Translations under genes and position numbers: made by a program
Part shown: positions 28,305 to 38,012 of the stretch, in pieces
Numbering within the stretch: the first letter of the stretch is position 1
How the letters are laid out: every line of letters begins with the position of its first letter
Source: a bacterium
GTDB lineage: Bacteria; SZUA-182; DTGQ01
Assembly: GCA_040755755.1 (NCBI GenBank)
Contig: JBFLZW010000031.1
Coordinates: 64,561 to 128,560, forward strand
Direction: 5' to 3'
DNA length: 64,000 nucleotides
Notes under the pieces: model-generated
What the model was told of the DNA's origin: nothing
The model's input: only the letters and a program-made list of their open reading frames with translations
Database searches by the model: none

Positions 28305-28862
28305 ATGAAGTCGAGTATGGAAGAAATAATTCAACTTGATCCGATCATCCAGCCATCGCCAGACCAATGGTATGGCGTGCATACCCGATCTCGTCATGAG
28401 CAGGCGGTTTACGAGCGACTGACAAGTAAATCCATCCATACCTTTCTCCCCAAAATGGAGGTCTGGAGTGCGCGAAAGGACAGGCAAAAGCGGATTAGAG
28501 TGCCGATGTTTCGGGGGTACCTCTTTATCCGGGCCAACCTGGAAAACCGGCTCTGGCTTACTGTCCTGCAAACTCCGGGAGTCGCCCGGATCATCAGTAG
28601 CAACGGCAAGCCGGTACCTATCCCGGAAAACCAGATTTCCTCGATCCAGACCATTCTGGAAAACGATACGGTCGTCACTCCCTATCCTTATTTGAATATT
28701 GGCGAAAAGGTACGAATTGTGGCCGGCCCCCTTAAGGGGGTGGAAGGAATTCTTCAGCGATTTAAGTCGAATAAACAAAGACTTATTCTCTCGGTAGACC
28801 TTCTTCAGCAGTCAATCTGTGTTGAATTGAATACCATTGAAGTAGAGCCGATTAATTTCTAA
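28305..28862 (+). CDS. specialised NusG paralog (NGN + KOW; RfaH/UpxY/LoaP-like transcription antiterminator)
   Basis: NGN motif WYGVHTRSRHE and KOW motif GEKVRIVAGPLKGVEG. At 185 aa it is shorter than housekeeping NusG. No co-directional operon follows it. Confidence 0.7.
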   Translation: MKSSMEEIIQLDPIIQPSPDQWYGVHTRSRHEQAVYERLTSKSIHTFLPKMEVWSARKDRQKRIRVPMFRGYLFIRANLENRLWLTVLQTPGVARIISSNGKPVPIPENQISSIQTILENDTVVTPYPYLNIGEKVRIVAGPLKGVEGILQRFKSNKQRLILSVDLLQQSICVELNTIEVEPINF

Positions 28863-29911
28863 CTGCCGAGGGGAAGACTGCTTACCGCGTTCAGAGGAAA
28901 AATTTCTTTTCCCTCGATAAAATTCCCCGCCATTTTCCGAAAAAAACCCGCACTGGCAATCATGGCTGCATTATCGGTACACAGGAGCGGCGGGGGGTAA
29001 AAGAGCCGCAAGTTCAATTTTTGCGCACTGTGCTCCGCCCTGGTCCGGAGGCAGGAATTACAGGCCACGCCGCCGACCAGAACCAGTTGCTCTATCCCCT
29101 TGATCCGGCAGGCCCTGACGGCTTTGGTAACCAGGATATCCACCACCGCCTCCTGGAAGGAGGCGGCAATATTCCGCACCTCAGGAGAAACCTCGTCGTG
29201 CGGGGAGCCCGCTTCAGGAAGCACCAGGGAACCCTGCCGGGAGCGGACATGGTTTAAAACCGCCGTCTTTAATCCGCTGAAACTGAAATCGAAGCTGTCT
29301 TTTTCCAGGTATGCGCGAGGGAATTTAACCGCCGCCGGATTGGCGGTTTTGGCGAGCCGGTCAATTATCGGCCCTCCCGGATAGCCCAGTTGCAGGATCT
29401 TGGCAACCTTGTCAAAAGCCTCGCCTGCCGCATCGTCCCTGGTTCCGCCCAGGAATTCGTAATCCGTATGACTGTGAACGGCAAAAAGGCTGGTATGCCC
29501 GCCGGAAACCAAAAGAGCGATAAAGGGGAATTCCAGGGTGGGATAAGCCAGGAAGATCGCCTTGATGTGCCCTTCGATATGATTGACGGGAATAAGGGGC
29601 TTATGCTTCAGGTAAGCAAGCGCTTTGGCGACCGATACTCCCACCAGCAGTGAGCCGATCAGTCCTGGGCCAACGGTCACGGCAATGGCCTCGAGGTCAT
29701 CGAAATCCATCCGTGCTTCCTGAAACACCTGATCCAGGATCGGAATGATGGCTTCCATAGCCTTGCGGGCTGCAATTTCCGGCACTACCCCCCCGAATCT
29801 GTGATGGACTGCAATCTGGGAGGCTATCTCCTGGGCCACAATGTGCACTCCATCCCGGACAATGGCCACTGATGTTTCATCGCAGGAGGATTCTATGCCT
29901 AAGATGTTCAT
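28859..29911 (-). CDS. tsaD: tRNA N6-adenosine threonylcarbamoyltransferase
   Basis: MNILGIESSCDETSVAI... and the HIEGH metal-binding motif. 350 aa. Confidence 0.95.
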   Translation of the reverse strand: MNILGIESSCDETSVAIVRDGVHIVAQEIASQIAVHHRFGGVVPEIAARKAMEAIIPILDQVFQEARMDFDDLEAIAVTVGPGLIGSLLVGVSVAKALAYLKHKPLIPVNHIEGHIKAIFLAYPTLEFPFIALLVSGGHTSLFAVHSHTDYEFLGGTRDDAAGEAFDKVAKILQLGYPGGPIIDRLAKTANPAAVKFPRAYLEKDSFDFSFSGLKTAVLNHVRSRQGSLVLPEAGSPHDEVSPEVRNIAASFQEAVVDILVTKAVRACRIKGIEQLVLVGGVACNSCLRTRAEHSAQKLNLRLFYPPPLLCTDNAAMIASAGFFRKMAGNFIEGKEIFPLNAVSSLPLGS

Positions 29912-29972
29912 ACTAATACCCCCCCATGAACAAGCAATAACCCGCTATAACACTAACTGATTTAGTATTTCT

Positions 29973-30097
29973 CCCGCAGAGACGCAGAGGCGCAGAGGAT
30001 ATCATTTGCCAGTTGACATATGGCCATGACAAGATCAACACTATAGTTATCTCTATATCATTTTTGGTCATTCTCTGCGCCTCTGCGTCTCTGCGGG
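29973..30097. repeat. perfect 25-bp inverted repeat (cccgcagagacgcagaggcgcagag / ctctgcgcctctgcgtctctgcggg) separated by 75 bp
   Basis: Read directly from the sequence. It lies in the intergenic gap between tsaD and yibQ-like, both on the minus strand. Confidence 0.6.
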
Positions 30098-30135
30098 AAA
30101 TCGTTTACATTTTGTATTTCTGGGCAACCCCTTAC

Positions 30136-31377
30136 TTATTTCACCAGCTCCGATACCCTGACCAGGGTGATACCCTTGTCCCGGAACTTCGAAGCCGACT
30201 CCCTCAATGCCTGAATGGTCGCCGGATGAAGATGCCCTATGCCCACGGCCTGGCCATCCTTCAATGCCGTGTCGATCAGGAGGTCAATCTGACGACGGAT
30301 AGAGCTGACACTCTTCTGGTTGTCTAAAAATACCTGCCGGCGGGCACTCGGAACCTCAAGGGCCTGGGCGATTTCATAGCCGACGCTTCCTGGCGTGGTC
30401 CTGCTGTCAAGAAAATATAATCCACGGCTTTTCAGCTCTTCGAGAATCACCTGCATGGATTTTCGGTCCTCCAGCATCAGGGAGCCCATGTGATTATTCA
30501 CTCCCCTGGCCCCCGGCACATCCCGCAGGCCGGAGTCAAGGATTTTGAGCATCTCCTCTTTACTCATGCCAACCTGTAAGGTGTTCTTTTCCCAATAGGC
30601 CAAAGCGCATTGGCGTGGCTGCATGGGAAGGTGGAGGATGATTTCCCATGAGCGGTCATGGGCCATCTGGGCGCACTGCCGGGAAAAAGGGTGATGGGGC
30701 AGAATGGATACATTCAGGATGAGGTTCAGGTCAAACAGTGCCCTGGCCAGCTGGCGGTTATACCCCAGGTCATCGATCACCAGGGCGACCCTGGCTCTCT
30801 GCTTTCGCCTGGCCGCAGGATGCCGCTCTTCGGAGAGAATCCTGCTCTGGAAGATCAGGATGTAGCTTGCGGTATTTGTGTCTTTACTCCCCAGGAAGAA
30901 AACCATCTGCCGGTGCGAAGGGGAAATCGTTTCTTCATGGCTGGTGAAGACTTTTCCGCCACGGGCTTGAACCAGATCAAGAACTGTCTTACGGATTTTC
31001 GTCCACAGGCCCCTGTCCCCAAGCTCGATTACCCGCTTCAGCGGCAGCGAAGAAGAATCCTCGCCGCCGCTGGCAGTAACACCTTCAAGCCCCAAATCAG
31101 ACAGGGCTGTTTGAAGAGCTGAATCGAATTCCTGTGCCCAAAAGAAGCGTTTTTCTTCTTCATTCAGAATATCCGGCGGTGGCGGGATAAGCGGGGAGCC
31201 CTTCCCCCGGCTGAAGAACAGGGACTTTGCATATTCAGCGCCCTGGTGGAATTTATCCGCAAGCCTGCTCGTGGTGATGGAGAGGAAGCCCAGGATCAGG
31301 AAGAAACCTGCCAGAGCCAGAATGATGCCGGCAGGTTTCCCTTTGTCGCTTCGCTTTCTTTTTTTCCTTCTTCCCAT
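30136..31377 (-). CDS. divergent polysaccharide deacetylase family protein (YibQ-like), N-terminal membrane anchor
   Basis: C-terminal 250 aa match the YibQ family (LVIDDLGYN..., HLPMQP...). It is the last gene of the ctpA/envC operon, as in many bacteria. Confidence 0.75.
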   Translation of the reverse strand: MGRRKKRKRSDKGKPAGIILALAGFFLILGFLSITTSRLADKFHQGAEYAKSLFFSRGKGSPLIPPPPDILNEEEKRFFWAQEFDSALQTALSDLGLEGVTASGGEDSSSLPLKRVIELGDRGLWTKIRKTVLDLVQARGGKVFTSHEETISPSHRQMVFFLGSKDTNTASYILIFQSRILSEERHPAARRKQRARVALVIDDLGYNRQLARALFDLNLILNVSILPHHPFSRQCAQMAHDRSWEIILHLPMQPRQCALAYWEKNTLQVGMSKEEMLKILDSGLRDVPGARGVNNHMGSLMLEDRKSMQVILEELKSRGLYFLDSRTTPGSVGYEIAQALEVPSARRQVFLDNQKSVSSIRRQIDLLIDTALKDGQAVGIGHLHPATIQALRESASKFRDKGITLVRVSELVK

Positions 31378-31395
31378 CTTCTTCTCTGGACAAGC

Positions 31396-32760
31396 TTACA
31401 GTTTTTTGCTTGCCTCGAGAATTTTGGAAGCTTTAATAATATCGATGGCACGCTGCAGCTGCAGGTCCTCGAAGTATTTGGCCTCATCACCCTCTTTGGT
31501 CTTCGGTGAGTTGGGATCAGGCTGCGGCTCTGGCGGGGGAGCCTCTTCTTCACCCTCCGGCTCCAGATTCTTTTTCCGGTTTTCCATATCGACCAGATCC
31601 TTTTCCCTGATGGCATGCTCCTCCGAAATGACCATTTTCTTATCTTCCAGGCGCATGTTCTCAACGACGATATCCGGTGTAATTCCCTTGGCATGGATGG
31701 AGGTGCCTTTTGGAGTATAATATTTGGCCGTGGTCAGGCGCAGGGCGGAACCATCCGATAAGGGGTAGATAGTCTGAACCGACCCCTTGCCGAAGGTTTT
31801 GGTTCCCACCAGTACCGCCCGGCCCCAGTCCTGCAAGGCCCCGGCCACGATCTCGGAAGCGCTGGCACTGCCTGCATTGACCAGGACAACCATGGGCATG
31901 CCCTTGGGGATGAGAGGATCATGGGTTGATTTGAAGGTAATGGTCTGCTCCTCCCCTCTCCCTCTGGTGGTGACAATCACCAGTCCTTTAGGCAAAAACT
32001 TGTCGGCCACATCTACCGCCACGCTCAGCAGTCCGCCGGCATTGAACCGCTCATCGAGAATAAGTCCGTCAAGTTCCTGAATCTTCATGCCCTTGAGCTC
32101 TTTCACCATGTCCGTGGCGGTATTTTCCTGAAACTGGCGCAGCCGGATGTAGCCGATTTTCTTGTCGATGACCTTTGAGCTGACACTGGCCAGTTTGATG
32201 ATTCCCCGGGTAACGGTGAAATCCTTGGGTTTTTCGAACTCCTTGCGCATTATGGTCAGGGTCACTTTGGTCCCTTTCGGTCCCTTGATTCTCTTGGCCG
32301 CTTCGGTCAACGACATGTCACGGGTCGAGACATCGTCGATTTTTAAAATCTGGTCTTCGGATTTCAGACCCATCTGAAAAGCAGGCGTACCTTCAATCGG
32401 AGAAACAATGATCAGCACCCCGTCACGGATGGAGATTTCGATTCCGATGCCCTCGAACTTGCCCTGAGTATCAACCTGCATCTCCTTATACATGTCCGGT
32501 GTCATGAAGGAGCTGTGAGGATCAAGGGTCTGGAGCATGCCTTTGATAGCGCCGTAGACCAGATCCTTGACCTGGAATTCATCCACGTAGTTGCCCTGCA
32601 CCTTGGAGAGCACCTCACTGAAGATCCTGAGATCCTCATAGGATTCCTTTCCGGATACTACGGCCCGGCTGCCCAGACTGAAGATTCCTCCCATGAATAA
32701 AGCCATAATGAGAAGAGCATAGAGAATAATTCTTTTCTTCCTGTGCACTGCTTTTTCCAT
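31396..32760 (-). CDS. ctpA: carboxyl-terminal processing protease (S41 family) with PDZ domain
   Basis: PDZ domain and S41 catalytic core (GSASASEIVAGALQD..., Ser/Lys dyad region). 454 aa with a signal anchor. Confidence 0.9.
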   Translation of the reverse strand: MEKAVHRKKRIILYALLIMALFMGGIFSLGSRAVVSGKESYEDLRIFSEVLSKVQGNYVDEFQVKDLVYGAIKGMLQTLDPHSSFMTPDMYKEMQVDTQGKFEGIGIEISIRDGVLIIVSPIEGTPAFQMGLKSEDQILKIDDVSTRDMSLTEAAKRIKGPKGTKVTLTIMRKEFEKPKDFTVTRGIIKLASVSSKVIDKKIGYIRLRQFQENTATDMVKELKGMKIQELDGLILDERFNAGGLLSVAVDVADKFLPKGLVIVTTRGRGEEQTITFKSTHDPLIPKGMPMVVLVNAGSASASEIVAGALQDWGRAVLVGTKTFGKGSVQTIYPLSDGSALRLTTAKYYTPKGTSIHAKGITPDIVVENMRLEDKKMVISEEHAIREKDLVDMENRKKNLEPEGEEEAPPPEPQPDPNSPKTKEGDEAKYFEDLQLQRAIDIIKASKILEASKKL

Positions 32761-32810
32761 TTGTATCTCCTTAAAGTTTTTATCTATAACTTTAGTTACC
32801 TGCCATTAGG

Positions 32811-34028
32811 TTACTGTAGCCATATTAAGGGGTCTACAGGATTTCCCCGGAAGCGGATCTCAAAATAGACCTGCGGACTGCTCACACCTCCGGTATCACC
32901 AATCCGGGCGATGGGTTGTTTCTCCTGGACGGAGTCCCCGGAATTTACCAGCAATTCCGAGGCATGGGCATAGACACTGCAATACCCTTCTCCGTGGTCC
33001 ACAATCAGCAATTTCCCATATCCAAGACACCAGTCCGCATAGGCCACTCTTCCTGGATAAATAGAGCAGATTTCCTTCCCAGCCGGGGCCTGAATAGTGA
33101 CTCCTTTTCTCCAGGTTGCATTCCCCGCTGTGCCGGTGGGTTGTTTGCCGAAAGGAGAAGAGGAAACGATCTTTCCCTGGACAGGCCAGGGGAGCTTGCC
33201 CCTTCTGGCTGCAAATCCGGACGCAGGAGAAGGTTTGATCTGCTGCAGGCGGCGCTTCTTTTCCAGATCGGTCAATAATGCCTGAAGATCGTTTAATCGG
33301 TTCGATAATCCCTGATGGGCAAGACGGTATTCATTTTCCCGGGCCCGAAGTGCCTTGAGGTGCTTTTCTTTCTCATTTTTCTTTTGGATCCACGCTCTTT
33401 CCTGTTCGGCTGCGCTTTTTTGAAGCTCCTCGATTTCCTGCTGATGAAGATACATCTTTTCTTTTTTAATCTTAAGCTCTTCTATTTGATGGGAAAACCG
33501 CTGGATCAATCGGGAATCCTCTTCGGCAATCAATTTCATGTAGCTCACCTTCCGCCAAAGTTCAGTCATGGACTCAGCTCCCAGAATCACCCGCCAGAAT
33601 CTCAAGGGTCCTGCCTGATATACTGATCGAAGGCGTAAGGCCAGGAGATTTTTCTGCCTGGCCACAGAGCCCTGCTCTCGGTTGATCTCAAGGCTCAATT
33701 CTTCCTGCTTCAGCTTAACACTATTTATTTTATCGTCCAGTATGGCGCGTTTATACTTGTACTTTTCCGCTAATTGATCGCAGAGTTCAATTTTGCGGAG
33801 AACTTCCTCCTCTCCGGCCCGGGTTTTTTTCAATCTGTTCTCACTCTCCCGGATTTGCTGCTCAATCGCCTTTACCTTTCCCTGCGCCTGATTGATTTGC
33901 TGCTGCAGCGAGTCCTTTTTATTTGCCGCATACCCTGGGGAACTGAAAAGAGCCGCCAGAAAAAGTACCACGGTTTTCAACAACAGGATATCATAGCTGT
34001 TTTCTCTCCAAAAAGCAATCATTTCCAA
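32811..34028 (-). CDS. M23 peptidase-domain protein with long coiled coil (EnvC-like FtsEX-associated activator)
   Basis: N-terminal coiled-coil heptads. C-terminal LytM/M23 domain (HGEGYCSVYAH...GDTGG). Adjacent to ftsEX. Confidence 0.85.
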   Translation of the reverse strand: MEMIAFWRENSYDILLLKTVVLFLAALFSSPGYAANKKDSLQQQINQAQGKVKAIEQQIRESENRLKKTRAGEEEVLRKIELCDQLAEKYKYKRAILDDKINSVKLKQEELSLEINREQGSVARQKNLLALRLRSVYQAGPLRFWRVILGAESMTELWRKVSYMKLIAEEDSRLIQRFSHQIEELKIKKEKMYLHQQEIEELQKSAAEQERAWIQKKNEKEKHLKALRARENEYRLAHQGLSNRLNDLQALLTDLEKKRRLQQIKPSPASGFAARRGKLPWPVQGKIVSSSPFGKQPTGTAGNATWRKGVTIQAPAGKEICSIYPGRVAYADWCLGYGKLLIVDHGEGYCSVYAHASELLVNSGDSVQEKQPIARIGDTGGVSSPQVYFEIRFRGNPVDPLIWLQ

Positions 34029-34042
34029 GCATTATCCTATCT

Positions 34043-34945
34043 TTAGGCCGAGCGGAGGGATAATGAAACCACGGCCCCGAACCCCCCGATAACCGAACCC
34101 AGAACAAGGACCAGAATCACTTTTTCCAGTTCCAGAAAGGTGATGGCAGATGCCCCGAAAATCAGATTTACCAGGGGGCTCACTTTCCAGCAGAAGGCAT
34201 GGTATACTGCGGCTGAGATCGCAATCGCCAACCCCCCGCCGAGAAAGCCCTCAAACATCCCCTCAAAGAGAAAGGGAAGACGGATATACCACTCGCTTGC
34301 GCCTATGAGTCGCATGATCGAAATTTCCTCCCGCCGCCGGTCAATGGTCAGATGAATCGTGCTGGCAGTGATAAACAGGGAAATGATGGCCAGTATGGCC
34401 CCCAGGAGGGACAGAACCAGACGGCTGACCGATACCAGGCTGGATAACCTTTCCACCCATTCAACTCCCCCCTGGATACTTTCCACTTCGGGCTGTCTGG
34501 ACAGATACTTCATCAGGGACTTTAACCGGGCAGGCTCTTTCAGAGCGGGATCCAGGAATAATTCAAAAGAGGCAGGCAGCGGGTTGGTATCAAGGCCATC
34601 CAGAAGTCGTGCATCCCTGCCGAGCGAATTTCTGAATTCCTCCAAGGCCATAGCCTTGGAAACATAGCGGACTCTGGAGATTTCAGTTATGCTGGCGAGT
34701 ACCTGCTGCAGCCGCCCGGTTTGCTCGCGGGTAAGATTGTCCCGCAGGTACACAACAACCTGAAGATTGCTGGCTGAGTCAAGGGCTTTGGAAAGATTGG
34801 AAAGGGCCATGAAGTACAGGCACAGAAGAAGCATCGAGCAGGCGATGCTCATTACGGCGATACCGGCGGGTATTCCGGCAGATCGAAGATCCTGGAGCCC
34901 CTGGCGAAGGAGGTAGGACAGTTGGCGAACCTTAGCAGTGAACAA
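34043..34945 (-). CDS. ftsX: cell division permease FtsX
   Basis: Four transmembrane segments with a large periplasmic loop. Overlaps ftsE by 14 bp. Confidence 0.85.
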   Translation of the reverse strand: MFTAKVRQLSYLLRQGLQDLRSAGIPAGIAVMSIACSMLLLCLYFMALSNLSKALDSASNLQVVVYLRDNLTREQTGRLQQVLASITEISRVRYVSKAMALEEFRNSLGRDARLLDGLDTNPLPASFELFLDPALKEPARLKSLMKYLSRQPEVESIQGGVEWVERLSSLVSVSRLVLSLLGAILAIISLFITASTIHLTIDRRREEISIMRLIGASEWYIRLPFLFEGMFEGFLGGGLAIAISAAVYHAFCWKVSPLVNLIFGASAITFLELEKVILVLVLGSVIGGFGAVVSLSLRSA

Positions 34946-35630
34946 TTTTACCTTCTCGCAGGTAAATGACCCGCTTTTTCATCTCCTCAATGATCCGCAG
35001 GTTATGCGTTGCCATCAGCACCGTTGTCCCCTGGATATTGATATCGGTAAAAATCCTCATCACGTCCCTGGCCGCGTCCATATCCAGGTTTCCCGTCGGC
35101 TCATCCGCCAGGAGTAAGACCGGATCATTGACCACGGCCCGGGCAATGGCTACCCGCTGCTGCTCGCCCCCCGACAGCCTCTTCGGATAGTAATCCATCT
35201 TGCGCTCGAGGCCAACCCGCCTGAGGCAATTCCATACCTTCCGCTCGATTTCGGGTTTTGGTTTGCCCAGGACCTGCAACAGGTAGGCGACGTTCTCAAA
35301 CACCGTTTTGGAGTGAATCAGTTTGAAATCCTGAAAGACTACCCCCATTTTCCGGCGCAGATGGCAGATCTGGCTGCTCTTGATCTTACCGATATTCCTG
35401 CCGTTAACGATGATTTGTCCGGAAGATGCCTGCTCCTCCCGGAGAATGAGCCGCATCAGGGTCGTCTTTCCGGCTCCGCTCGGCCCGGCCAGGAAAACCA
35501 TCTCTCCCGGATCGATTCGCAGATTGATGTCAGTCAGAGCACTGCAATGGCCATCGAATGTTTTATGGACATGAAACATTTGGACGATAGCCGATAAAGA
35601 GGCCGAGATCGGGGCCGAAAGCGGTTGCAC
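34932..35630 (-). CDS. ftsE: cell division ATP-binding protein FtsE
   Basis: ABC ATPase with Walker A (GPSGAGKTT), signature ([14 protein letters not shown]) and Walker B. Confidence 0.9.
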   Translation of the reverse strand: MQPLSAPISASLSAIVQMFHVHKTFDGHCSALTDINLRIDPGEMVFLAGPSGAGKTTLMRLILREEQASSGQIIVNGRNIGKIKSSQICHLRRKMGVVFQDFKLIHSKTVFENVAYLLQVLGKPKPEIERKVWNCLRRVGLERKMDYYPKRLSGGEQQRVAIARAVVNDPVLLLADEPTGNLDMDAARDVMRIFTDINIQGTTVLMATHNLRIIEEMKKRVIYLREGKIVHC

Positions 35631-35642
35631 GGGAGCTATCCT

Positions 35643-36590
35643 TTAATTCCTCTTCTTTCTGGCCACTATTTCCCTGACGGCTTTAACGACCGCCTCAGCG
35701 GTCAGGCCATAATGGGTCAGCAGTTTTTCTGCATCTCCGGAAACTCCGAAGCTATCATTCAGGCCGATTCTTTTCAGGGGAACCGGGCATTGTTCTGAAA
35801 TGACTTCAGCCACCGCGCTTCCCAGTCCTCCAATAATCGAATGCTCTTCAGCGGTCACGATACAGCCGGTCTCCCGGGCTGCGGCCAGGATAGCCTGCTG
35901 ATCGATGGGCTTCAGGGTGGACATATTCAGGACGCGGACAGAAATGCCCTCGCTTTTCAGTATCTCGCTGGCCTTCAGTGCCCGGCTGACCATGACCCCA
36001 ATGGCGATCACGGTGGCATCGCTGCCATCTTCAAGCAGAGCGGCCTTTCCCTTCTGGAAAGTGTAGTCGGAACCCAAAACCACCGGGAACTTGCATCTGC
36101 TCAGCCGCACATAGACAGGGCTTTTGTCATTGACCAGATATTCCAGCACCTTCTCCGTTTCAATTCCATCTGCGGGTACGATAATATTCATATTGGGCAG
36201 ACTCCGCATCAGGGCAATATCCTCATTGGCCTGGTGGGTAGCGCTGTCTTCTCCCACGGTCACGCCTGCATGGGTGGCTACGATCTTAACGTTCTGCATG
36301 GAATAACAAAGAGATTGCCGGATCTGGTCCCAGGCCCTTCCGGTAGCGAAAACGGCAAAGGTGCTGACGAACGGAATCTTCCCGAAGGCAGCCAGCCCGG
36401 CTGCCGTGGCAATCATATCCTGCTCGGCGATTCCGATATTAAAAAACCTGTCCGGAAAGGCCCTGGCAAATTTTTCGGTCCGGGTAGAACAGGAAAGGTC
36501 TGCGTCGAGCACGACAATGTCAGGATTCTGCTGTCCCAGTCTCACCAATACGTCTCCATAAACATCACGAGTACCTAAACTTTGACTCAT
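35643..36590 (-). CDS. transketolase, C-terminal (pyrimidine-binding) subunit
   Basis: Split-type transketolase B subunit, 315 aa. Confidence 0.9.
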   Translation of the reverse strand: MSQSLGTRDVYGDVLVRLGQQNPDIVVLDADLSCSTRTEKFARAFPDRFFNIGIAEQDMIATAAGLAAFGKIPFVSTFAVFATGRAWDQIRQSLCYSMQNVKIVATHAGVTVGEDSATHQANEDIALMRSLPNMNIIVPADGIETEKVLEYLVNDKSPVYVRLSRCKFPVVLGSDYTFQKGKAALLEDGSDATVIAIGVMVSRALKASEILKSEGISVRVLNMSTLKPIDQQAILAAARETGCIVTAEEHSIIGGLGSAVAEVISEQCPVPLKRIGLNDSFGVSGDAEKLLTHYGLTAEAVVKAVREIVARKKRN

Positions 36591-36593
36591 AGC

Positions 36594-37448
36594 TCACCTC
36601 AACTCCAGTAATGCTTTTTCCAATTCCGCCTCGGTCGGCGCAACCCCATGATAGTGCACTTTGCCTTCCATAAAGGAAACCCCCTTGCCTTTGACCGTGT
36701 GGGCAACGATCAGCGAGGGCTTGCCCTTGACCTGTTCACACCGCTCAAATGTCGAGAGGAGAGCCGACAGGTCATGGCCATCGACCTCAAAAACCTGCCA
36801 GCCGAAAGATTCCCATTTTGGGGCTATGGGCTCGATATTCTTTATTTGGGACAGTGAACCATCAATTTGCAGTTTATTGGCATCGATGATGCCGCAGACA
36901 TTATCGAGCTTATAATGGGCCGCGGTCATGGCCGCCTCCCATATCTGGCCCTCCTGAGTCTCTCCGTCCCCCATTAAAACATATATCCTGGCCTCGGATT
37001 TGTTCAGTCTGGCAGCCAGGGCCATTCCATTGGCTACGGATAATCCCTGCCCCAGGGAGCCGGTTGAAATTTCGACCCCCGGAGTGGTCAGATTAAAGGG
37101 ATGCCCTTGCAGCATCCCGCCGAGTTTGCGAAGGTTGTCGAGCTCTGCCTTGTCGAAGTAGCCGAGTCGGGCCAGAGTGGCATACAGGGCCGGCGCTCCG
37201 TGTCCTTTCGACAGGACGAACCGGTCGCGGCCGGGCCATCGGGGATTTTTCGGATCATGGCGTAACTTCACCATGTACAGTGCGACCAGAATCTCGATGA
37301 TGGATAAAGATCCCCCCGTATGTCCGGATCCGGCGCGGGTTAACATGCGCAAAACTTCGATGCGTAATTGACGGGCCGTCTCTTTCAATTCTATAATTTT
37401 GCTCTCCGGCAATGATGACATAAATTCTTCCTCTTTACTAGGGCTCAA
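36594..37448 (-). CDS. transketolase, N-terminal (thiamine diphosphate-binding) subunit
   Basis: GDGETQEG TPP motif. 284 aa. Lies directly upstream of the B subunit. Confidence 0.9.
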   Translation of the reverse strand: MSPSKEEEFMSSLPESKIIELKETARQLRIEVLRMLTRAGSGHTGGSLSIIEILVALYMVKLRHDPKNPRWPGRDRFVLSKGHGAPALYATLARLGYFDKAELDNLRKLGGMLQGHPFNLTTPGVEISTGSLGQGLSVANGMALAARLNKSEARIYVLMGDGETQEGQIWEAAMTAAHYKLDNVCGIIDANKLQIDGSLSQIKNIEPIAPKWESFGWQVFEVDGHDLSALLSTFERCEQVKGKPSLIVAHTVKGKGVSFMEGKVHYHGVAPTEAELEKALLELR

Positions 37449-37619
37449 TCAATCTGACAGTTCCAGCGCGAATAGGCTCAACCTGAATGCAAAGAAAAAT
37501 ACCCAACATATCTCACACATCGGTATTCTTCAAGGCAAAATACGAGGGACGAATTACTCCGTGGTAGAATGGAAAACACTTGCGTTGGCTGGACCTTACT
37601 GATAATAGGTTGAATAATA

Positions 37620-37937
37620 TTATTCTTCAATTAATTCCAACACGTATCTCATTTTTTCTTTCCCGCCGGCGCTGGCCAGCAGAGTTCGGATAGCCGATAT
37701 GGTACGGCCTTTTTTCCCGATTACCTTCCCAATATCATCTTTTGCTACCTTAAGTTCAATAATCGTCGTTCTGCCTCCATCGATCTCGCTGATATTCACA
37801 TCTTCCGGGCTGTCCACAATCGCTTTCACAATTTTTCTAATAATGTCTCTCATACAACCGTACCTCTTTCTACCTTGATCTTCCTTGCTCTTTTCTTCAT
37901 TTTCTTTTGATCTGTCTCGAAAAAATTTTCCTAGCAT
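37620..37937 (-). CDS. KH-domain RNA-binding protein (YlqC/UPF0109-like); probable start at internal Met (37853)
   Basis: GKVIGKKGRTISAIR is the KH GXXG loop. Family members are about 76 aa, so the N-terminal 28 codons of the ORF are probably not translated. Confidence 0.65.
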   Translation of the reverse strand: MLGKFFRDRSKENEEKSKEDQGRKRYGCMRDIIRKIVKAIVDSPEDVNISEIDGGRTTIIELKVAKDDIGKVIGKKGRTISAIRTLLASAGGKEKMRYVLELIEE

Positions 37938-38012
37938 AATGGATTCATTTTATAACAATTGGCATCATATTTGTCAACAAAAATAGTGAATCGTGAAAAA
38001 TCCCGGTTTTCC

